Assembly: GCA_040954595.2 (NCBI GenBank)
Contig: CM082592.2
Span: 8,419,677 to 8,483,676 of the forward strand
Direction: 5' to 3'
DNA length: 64,000 bases
DNA from: Balanoglossus misakiensis
Lineage: Eukaryota; Animalia; Hemichordata
The first letter of the stretch is position 1; each line of letters opens with the position of its first letter. The position numbers and the translations under genes were made by a program. Positions 55,501 through 64,000 of the stretch are shown piece after piece. Under the pieces are notes generated by a model. The model made no database searches. It was not told the DNA's origin and saw only the letters and a list, made by a program, of their open reading frames with translations.

Positions 55501-57306
55501 TAAATACGCCCCGGGAGATGATTTCGTGGAATTGTCGCGAAAACAAGCTTTGCGTAAATGCGATAATAACCCAAATCAAAACTGATGGAATTTTTCGGGG
55601 TCTTTTAGATGAAGTGGCATTAGGAATGCATTAACCTGGTTTGGGCGTTCATCATCATGTTTTGTGAAGTGAAATGAAATGATGGACTGTGTATTACTGG
55701 CTTTTAAAAAAAGAGGCTCAACCAGGTTGCTATGTGACCGGAAGCAAGGGAATTGATATTCGGGGCAGGTATGCAGATTCCGGCATCTGTCCTTATCTCT
55801 GACAAATGGAAGGTTGGATTTGGGGGATCTAGCCAACTCATTTGTAGTCATGGCTTCAACAGCTTAGGGGAATATAGTGTTGGCGATCTTAAAATCAGCT
55901 GAAGCAAAATAGAATGGATTTGAGCAGGAGAAAAAAAAACTGGGCTATTCCAATTCCTGGCGGAGTTTCAGTCTGAGCATAACACTTGTAAATCCTGGAT
56001 GAAGCTTTTTACGGTTTTTCCACAGAAAATTGATCAAAGTATCATAAATGCTATGACACACACAAAATTTAGGGCAAGAATCTTCCTAGATGACTTTTAA
56101 AATATTCCCATCCAGCAGGATTTTCTCAGAAAATGTCCCAGAAGATGAACCCTTGGAGCTTCACTCATCCTCAGTGGTATTTGTAGTTTAATCATTTCCA
56201 CGAACCACTGTTTCAACCAACCAAGAGAAAGCATGTAATAATCCCAATAAGTAGAATGGACTGATTGCTAGCTCTGATCCGAGGTGTGACGTTAAACGAT
56301 ATGAAATACATCGAGAGTTGAAAGAACGGGACAGGATCGAGATAGATGTTGGCCATTGCCTCACAGTTATCACTTCAGTAGCCACTGAACGGATTTGACT
56401 GTGTGATATTTCACCGGCAGAAACATACAAGTTATAAAGAGTCGTGTGAAGGAATGTGATCTCTTCACCTGGGCAGGTCCTCTGGGGATCAAGACATCGC
56501 TTTCTTTGCCAACGGTTCGTGACTTGGTAATGAATTGCCCGGGTTTTCATTATGTGTAGGTAACGATGCCAGTTAATTGCACGGGCTCTGCAGCGAGTGC
56601 CAAAGTCTCTTCACTGTGTACGCCTGCACTGACTGTTGCCTATCCGACATAGAGAGAGAAAAAAAGCAAAATTGCATCCCGAAGGAGATGAGACTAGGAA
56701 TTCACCTCTTTGATGCAGAAGCATGAAGACAAGCCCCGTAATGTCTCTCCGTGGGGAAAACACGACTGCTGTTCACTTGTTGGGGAAAATATCACATTTG
56801 GGTCCATTTCCATAGCAACCACTCTGATGCGATGATGGACTTGGATTTTAGATCAAAAGGATGACAATGGTTTCACAAGTTGTTCTCTGAATGCAGGAAT
56901 ACGGTATGCAACATATGTATATTGAAACTTTTTAACCACTTCGGTCTTCCGAATACAAGATGCACTTATTAGGTTGCTATCCACGATCACATTTCAACGG
57001 GACACAGATTTCACTTTTGAAGTGTTCCTTTGCATAATTTATGACTTGTCTATTTGTACGTCGGATCCCGGCCGACCGTTAGATGTTTCGCGGCAGATTA
57101 TGCATTTAGCTGCAATCGCGCTGCAAAAGGAAGCACAATGAGTCCCGCTGAAAAGTCAGGGGTTTAGAGCAACCCGTACAGACATCAAATATTGTCTAAT
57201 GTATTTGTTTGTCAGCTTTCCCAGGAATAGGTCACAGGTTTATCGATCTCTCCTGGCAATGTTGGAGACAGAGCAGGAATCAGCAAAACCTCTACAATCA
57301 CACATT

Positions 57307-57330
57307 GGGGGGGGGGGGGGGGGGGGGGGG
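57307..57330 (+). repeat. Poly-G tract (G24)
   Basis: 24 consecutive G. Shorter G/C runs occur at about 3599, 3995, 13804, 29432, 48896 and 49347. Confidence 0.95.
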
Positions 57331-57602
57331 CAAAGAGCACATAATGCCTCGGAACAGACAGCTGTTACCAAGAGAAATTTCTGATTTACAAAGATGCTTT
57401 CTCTAAAATAGTCGAGAAGAAATTGTAAAACCTGACTCACTGAAATAAACCACTAGGTACAACTAACAGCCATTTATGTTCACTGCTGTGGATTTACGGA
57501 AGAACATCTTCAAATATTCGTGTCATTCGGGATTTGAGAACTAACATTTAAGGAATGGAAAAAAAAAATGTCAACCAATCTTTTCTTGATTAGAGCGTCC
57601 CC

Positions 57603-57770
57603 GTTGCCATGGTAACATTGCTGTGATTTATTTGCCAATCCATTAAACAGCTCAAAAGAAACAGAGATAAGCTCATCCCTGCAAACCATTACCCAAAAAA
57701 TGTCACTTGCATCAAGCAATAAAAAAATCTAAAGTGGTTTACGTTGACATCAACAGGTTGCCATGGTAAC
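57603..57770. promoter_or_regulatory. Paired identical RFX X-boxes GTTGCCATGGTAAC
   Basis: The same 14-mer occurs at 57603-57616 and 57757-57770 with unrelated flanks. It is one base from the ideal RFX palindrome GTTGCCATGGCAAC. Confidence 0.7.
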
Positions 57771-59497
57771 TCCCAAGTCTCTACCTCGCGAGCGAGCGAC
57801 AAACAAACACCACCTGGCCAGGTCGTCAATCGGTTGCCCTAGCAAAAGGCTTAAAGGAACCTCAATGCTTGCTACAGTGATTTACTTTCTCTCCCAGAAC
57901 GCGCTGATATCACATGACCTGAGAAACGTGCCAATCCTTAAGCTGCCTTGGTGATGAATTGCCGATTCAGCACATTTCGGCTCCACAGAAACAGGCTTGA
58001 TAATTACAGGGCACTGCGAAAGCTGGGGGACTAGGACTAAATACTTCAGAAAAAAATAATGGGATCGGAATTAGCCTAGAAATAGATAGGGTCAGGATAG
58101 GACATTAATAGGCATGTGTTTCTAAGATCAGTTCTCTTATAACCGATCGTCTTCAGAGCCTTCTCCTGTGTATATATGCGTTTTGATAACATTTTTCTGA
58201 ATATCTATGAAGCAATTTCTTGTTCACAGAGTGAAACTGTACATGTACTGGGTACGTGAAAGATTGCAGGCATTCTTTATAAAACCTCTATATTCGGATG
58301 ATTTTCAGTGTGACAATGATGACTGCCTTCTGAAATGAATGATGCTTTGTCAAATATCCAGATGAAGTGAAAATGCTACTTGGGTCTGCGGGAAAAAACG
58401 ATGAGTTTCCTGTATCTGTCAAGGTGATTGATGGCACGGCTTACGTTCATGCAGTTTGGATTTTATCCCGCAATGCTACAGTACAGAATGGAACGCTTGA
58501 AGGCATTGATGAAAATGTCAATATGCATACAGCGTCGATGTGCGTAAAGCCAACTTTCGTGTTCAGTAAATGCATCAGAGAGTACTGTATAGCTTTGCAT
58601 TCCCATTCGTTGCGGGAGCCAGCTTCAAACATCCCTGTGTGCATGTATGTACACATGATTGGCTGTGTCTGTTTTTGACAGGGATTGTACAGTATCCGAA
58701 GTACGTCAGTTCATTGCTACGTACCTATACTCATGAGACGCGGGAAAATTACCGTGGGTCAGTGTGACAGTTCTGAACTTTAAATTTGCACACTCGTCTA
58801 CAGTAGGGCTAATAAAACTTTAAGCTTATTAATGTGGAAATAGCCTCACATTGAGATCTGTCAAGATAATTCCCACTGCAGATCCATTGATTGAGCAAAA
58901 GCTGACTCGGCAATGTTTCAGAACTCTGCAAACGTGATCTCTGCATGTGCAGAATTAAATGCGGCGTAACTGTGGAATACTTGATTTCCACTGGGCGCTG
59001 AAAGCAAGAAAATTCCACTTTTATTTTCACCACCGGTGAAATAAGGACTTAACAGGAATTTTATTTCCAAATCAGTGAAAAGGGGAGTCCAGGAAAAAGA
59101 TAATTAAAATTTCACGTGAAAATTTAATATTCCACAGTATGTATCAATGCGGCGAAATAATGAGCCGATAAATCATGGTAACACTGCCGTTTTTTAACCT
59201 TAACTTACGTGTGACCTTGTTGATAATTGTGTAATTAATCACCTTTAACATCTCATTAAACAACTAAAGGTTGACAACCACATTCTGTCATGTAGATAAC
59301 AGAAAGATGTGGTCTACTTTCACTGGGCCAATCAGTAATGCTCTTTCAAGGTGGTCTTTATGCTTCTGCCAAATAATTTAGAAATTTTCATCATTTTCCA
59401 AAAATTAGTAAATTCCCAGATGCTTACTTCTTATCACTGTTCACAAAGGGGATAGTCTCAGTGACTGGATTACTACAAAAAAGCAGTTACAGTCATC

Positions 59498-59540
59498 CTA
59501 ATTAAGAACTAATTAACCTAATTAATCTAATTAATTAACT
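59498..59540. repeat. Short array of (C)TAATTAA units
   Basis: ctaattaagaactaattaacctaattaatctaattaattaac contains five TAATTA cores. Confidence 0.7.
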
Positions 59541-62500
59541 TACAGAATCCCCTATAACTAGTATAAGCAGACATAAATATGCCTGTAATTAATCTTTGCT
59601 AATTACAAAAACATATGGTGGTTCTTTTAAGTAAAATTTATTAATGAAGGTATAAAATGAGCTGTAAAAATCACACTGAATTCACTCATCATTTAAACTT
59701 GTACAAAATTAAAACTTGTACAGCTGAAACGAAATGGGGTTTCAACCAGTTAGGTTTATACTCATGTGACCCTAAACCCTTCGAGAAAACCTGTGCTTGG
59801 CGATTGTAACTCACATGCACACTTCTAAGACGGTAGGAGGAATGTGACGACAACAAGCTCTGGCATTGACAGATACGCCACTGTAGTGAACAGTGACTCG
59901 CAGCGGGTGAAAAGGCATCCTTGTTGAATAAAGTGGAGTCAGCAAGCCTGATGCATCTGCTGAATTTGCATACAAGTCATCGAAAAAGCCACAGATCTGC
60001 ACGGGGATTGTTTTGGGGCACTTTGATTGCAATTACGAATTGGCGATGGCGATGGAAGGCAAAAACACACAACGCTTGGGGGATAAATGACGAAGGCAGA
60101 TAATTAATTCCCCTGGTTGCGAACGTTACAAGTTGGGGGTAGATGGAGCATTGCATTTTGTACATTAAAGGGACAATTTGATGTAACTTTTCACTGTGTT
60201 TTCAGTAATCTTGAGCAGACTAGAATTCATCTGTCAACAAAAACAAGGGCCGTTACACACATACAGGCCATGTTGACAAGCAGGTATATGTTCATACTAT
60301 TTGGAGTTGAACAAGAAATTCTGTTCTGAATGAGAGAGAAATTCCAAACACAGAACCCATTGTACACAGCGGGGAACAAGAATCACCACAAGGCTTTGCC
60401 CTCAAACACAGCCTAGGGGCGATGAATGTGTGTTGTGAATTTCCCTGTATCATTCACTAGAGAGTAGGAAAGTCATGTAAAATATATACTCAAAACTGGT
60501 ACATTTATTCAGAAAAATCACACACCTGTGTGTAGTTTCAAATGTTTTATGGACACTGCAAGCAAAAACAATCTGGCGTACGTACGGAAACAACTGGTGA
60601 TCCAGCCATCACCGTGTATAATTTAACCAATGCAATTGTGTGGAGTGCTCCATTTCCACTCCTATCATGCATGCATTGCAAACAATGCCTCCGGGCGCTC
60701 CATTTTGAGGTAACTCCATATTTACATTCTGGTTTGTAAAACGTCCGCGATGACTCCTGAAACGGTTCAAAGATAAACTGCTCTGACTGCGCAGTGCACC
60801 GAAAGGGCAGTGGTTTCTCCATTTTCGTAGCTAAACATTTGCATTGTTGCAATGCAGGGTTCACTCGTCAGCGACTTATTGCGACGTCGCATCAACTTAA
60901 GCAGTAAAAGACCCAGTTAACCTGTCACATGACATACACCCAATGAAATGTACACGGCTGAGTGAAATTTACAACTTGTCATTATGTGCTTTTCTTTTGG
61001 TGTTTCTGTGTTGAAATGGACTGTAAGTACATCTTGAAATGCATGCGTGGTTTTTGGTTCACATGGTTCAATCACGGCACTGATTTCATAAATGGATGCC
61101 AAGCGGTGACTTCTTAGTTGCCAAGCAACACCAAGGTAAAACCAGACAGACTAGAAACATTTGCATAAGAATTACGTTGATATCCAAAAGTGTTAATGTG
61201 GCATAATTTCACAATTTTCAGGTTATTTTACATGTAAAATAATTGCCATAAATGCTGACAAAGGAATGGTGTACAAATTAATAAATTACTTTATTGACAA
61301 ACTGATACATTGAAATGAACAACAGCAATCATATATGAACAAGGGCTGCTCAATACTTAGTATATTCGTCTGTACCATTATGGTACTGCTGATCAAAATG
61401 TGGACTGTAAATGCAAAAAAATATTTTTTTTCCCCAGTAGTATAGGAGCAGAGAGACACAGGCATGATGTGTGTACAGTGCACTTAAAAACAGCAACACA
61501 ATCATGCGCAATGAATGACTAACACCAAACACAGACTGCGTTTTTCCTCCTTGTCTGAGCTTGAAACTGACACCTTTATAGAGTAGGAACCAAAGAAGGA
61601 AACCACTCAATGATGACAAGTACCGCAATGGAAACAGATGCAGCGTTCACGTGTAACCGACACAGGTGGGAACAGCCATATTACAACAACACTGTATAAA
61701 GCCAAGAGAGACCTCTAGCATTAAGGATATCACCTTCTGGTAATACTCCCTGGCAACTTGCAATTACCACATCTACAGGTAAAACACCCCTGCGGACAAA
61801 ATCAGAGATGACATTCTATCCTTTTTATCCACTTATATACTTAGGAAGTATTGCTCTCACTTGGCCAATTTTAAAACCTGATATTCAATATTCACAGGCT
61901 CTGTCATTGGAGAACCAATCCTCTAGTCTCAACCCGAGATCTCAGCTGAAGTAATAAAACAAACAAATTATGGCCGGCCTTCTCAACACTCATTGCTAAA
62001 ATCTCAAACCCTGAGCTTCCATTTCTTTCTTCCCAGTCACTTGCTGATATTAATACTGTATCGCACATTTTCTGAGCAACGATCTCTTTATACCTTCTCT
62101 CCAAGCTGGTGAGAACTTGTTTAGCTTAGAAATAGAAGACAAAAGTGCCTACTTTCACTCAGCTGTCTGGAATGGTTTTAACTCAAAGCGGCTTACGCTA
62201 TTCCACAATGGATGTGTTTGACACTTTTGTTTGGTCATAAACTGTAATACAGTGAGTACCAAGCGGCTAATGATCACTCTCCAATGTTCTAGGCTTTTTT
62301 TTGTAGCAATTCTTTAGAAGAAGAAAAAACGATCAGACATGCTTCCACACTGTTGCATAACCAAATTAGGCTAACCATTTTCTTTTTTGTAATTTTAATA
62401 GTGTGAAACAGAGATTGCCGAGTAATTTGTGTTATCTTTACCGAAGAGCGTCAGTATATCTTAATTTTTTTTAAATGCTCAATTAATTTTCCTGTAATTG

Positions 62501-62956
62501 CTGTCAGTGTGAAACTGTTCACAGTTATTAATATCAGCTATTATAGTCAAAAACAAATTAATTAAAAAAAACAATGCTGCACTGTTCTCACTTTGAACAA
62601 TAGACTGTGACATCACTTAATTAATTACCCCCTACCACCCTTTGTTAATTAATTAGGGAACACAAAAGAGTGTGCTGAAACGGTTAAGTATTGATGGAGA
62701 CTTCATCAACACGAACAGAAAACCACCACTGGTGATCTGGAACTGTGTCGTTCGAACAAATGAGCTGCTCGCGCGATAAAAGGGTCACCCTTGAGATCAG
62801 AAAAGTGTCAGACTGAACGCTTTTGGTGATGCATCATTTTTCAAGTTATATACAGTGGCATAGGCAATGCTACATCACAGTCACTCAAGAGGGACTGTGG
62901 CTACATGCAATATAATAGCATCACTACTATACTACACTAGACATGCAGCCACTTAC

Positions 62957-63332
62957 CTGATACTGTTTGAACATAGCCCGCGAAGAGGGCGAGTTTTTTG
63001 TGAGTCTCCAACGCAAAGAAGAGGCTCGATAGAGATAAGAGCGCTCCGAGCGAACACATAATGCACCCGCCTCCGTAAAGTACCACGGCAGCCTGCCAAA
63101 CTCCAACGGGGAGTGTCATCAAGTCAAACCGACCCCCTCCAAATATATGACAAACTTGACTACTCGCGGGGACGTGTAAACAGTAACTGTACAGACCAAA
63201 GCTGGAAAGGTCCAGGCCTTCGGATTTGATGAACCACGTCGGTGCGCCAAAACTGACACAGCAGGCCGCAGCCAAGGCCAAAGACAGGAGCGTCCAAAAT
63301 ACGGAGAGTGGGGTGATTGTCAAAGAAGACAT
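62957..63332 (-). CDS. LHFPL7: LHFPL tetraspan family protein (LHFPL7/TMEM211-like), coding exon 1 (TM1, ECL1, TM2, start of TM3)
   Basis: MSSLTITPLSVFWTLLSL...PTWF...SFGLYSYC...C...LPVGVWQAAVVLYGGGC...YVQTVS carries the LHFPL/claudin-like W-GLx-C-C signature and the P..W(Q/K) motif. Perfect GTAAGT donor. Confidence 0.9.
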
Positions 63333-64000
63333 GATTGCCTGGTCGAATGATTCCTCAACTAGAAACGTGATTGAAAAATGTTATGTTCCCGATGTACATC
63401 CCGAAGACCATCAGCCTAGGGATGGATCCACAGATAAGTCATATCTCCGAACTTTGCGAGGTACTTTCTATCTCGAAGACGACAAAACTCCCATTGAGTA
63501 AAGTAAAACTGCAACTGAGCTATTGCGACTTCCCCGCGCGATCGCGATCGCAGAAGAAAGTTGGAACTGGCCACCACTGATCAAAGACTAAGACAATATC
63601 TACGTGTGCACTCACTCTCTATGAGTTAGAGAATTACCCGATCGGAAGGCTGCTCGATCGTTTTCAGGCCTCCACTAAACAAACACTTGCCCGGCACGTT
63701 ACATGCTGGAGGGCGCAACACTGCAATCGCAGGTGCCCGGTAACCACAGCTACGTGTACAGTAGCCTAGCCAACTGTCAACAATGAAGTGATGCGTTCGC
63801 GTCCGTCACCGATGAATGAATGAACGCGGTGGATTTTGCAGTAAAGGACTTCTCAAGAGTACCGTGTCCGAACGATTTCAGTTGTTACTAAAAAAAACTG
63901 ACATATATCCTCCGGTGTCATTCACGCATTGATAGTATTGCCCAGTAGCACGCACGTTTCGCAGAGAGATGATGAAGCCGGCCGGTCGACCTGTTCACAC
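63333..64000 (-). promoter_or_regulatory. CpG-rich 5' leader/promoter region of the LHFPL7-like gene
   Basis: CpG density rises visibly immediately upstream of the ATG. The TSS cannot be located from sequence. Confidence 0.5.

Larger units (their letters stand above)
18303..62956 (-). other. Single 44,654-bp phase-1 intron of the LHFPL7-like gene
   Basis: Donor TCAG|GTAAGT at 62956 and acceptor TTTCAG at 18303. The G|TG junction gives Val in frame and yields a full-length 210-aa four-TM protein with no missing segment. Confidence 0.85.

Noticed and set aside
1-64000. Prokaryote-style systems (CRISPR arrays, operons, defence islands) and autonomous transposons
   Set aside because: The sequence is intron-containing animal DNA. 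No regularly spaced repeat-spacer array and no transposase, RT or integrase motifs were seen.

Overview
Eukaryotic (animal) genomic DNA with GT-AG spliceosomal introns. A marine invertebrate, possibly a deuterostome, is my guess from composition and repeat style; this is not established. Two spliced genes can be reconstructed by hand. (1) A complete 5-exon + strand gene (387-3371, 606 aa) for a secreted protein with a signal peptide, a basic Gly/Gln/Arg-rich repeat region containing RGD, two atypical Kazal-type domains and an acidic Tyr/Gly-rich tail. (2) A - strand LHFPL-family tetraspan gene closest to LHFPL7/TMEM211 (63332-62957 joined to 18302-18046, 210 aa), split by one 44,654-bp intron. 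The rest is non-coding. It contains about 14 RFX X-box-like palindromes, CpG-retaining enhancer-like patches in a CpG-poor gene body, a CpG-rich gene-free block at about 4-14.7 kb with one orphan ORF candidate, a perfect 205-bp tandem duplication, small MITE-like remnants and microsatellites. I recognised no rRNA, tRNA, CRISPR array, known miRNA or transposase/RT ORF. Most ORFs in the supplied track are spurious.
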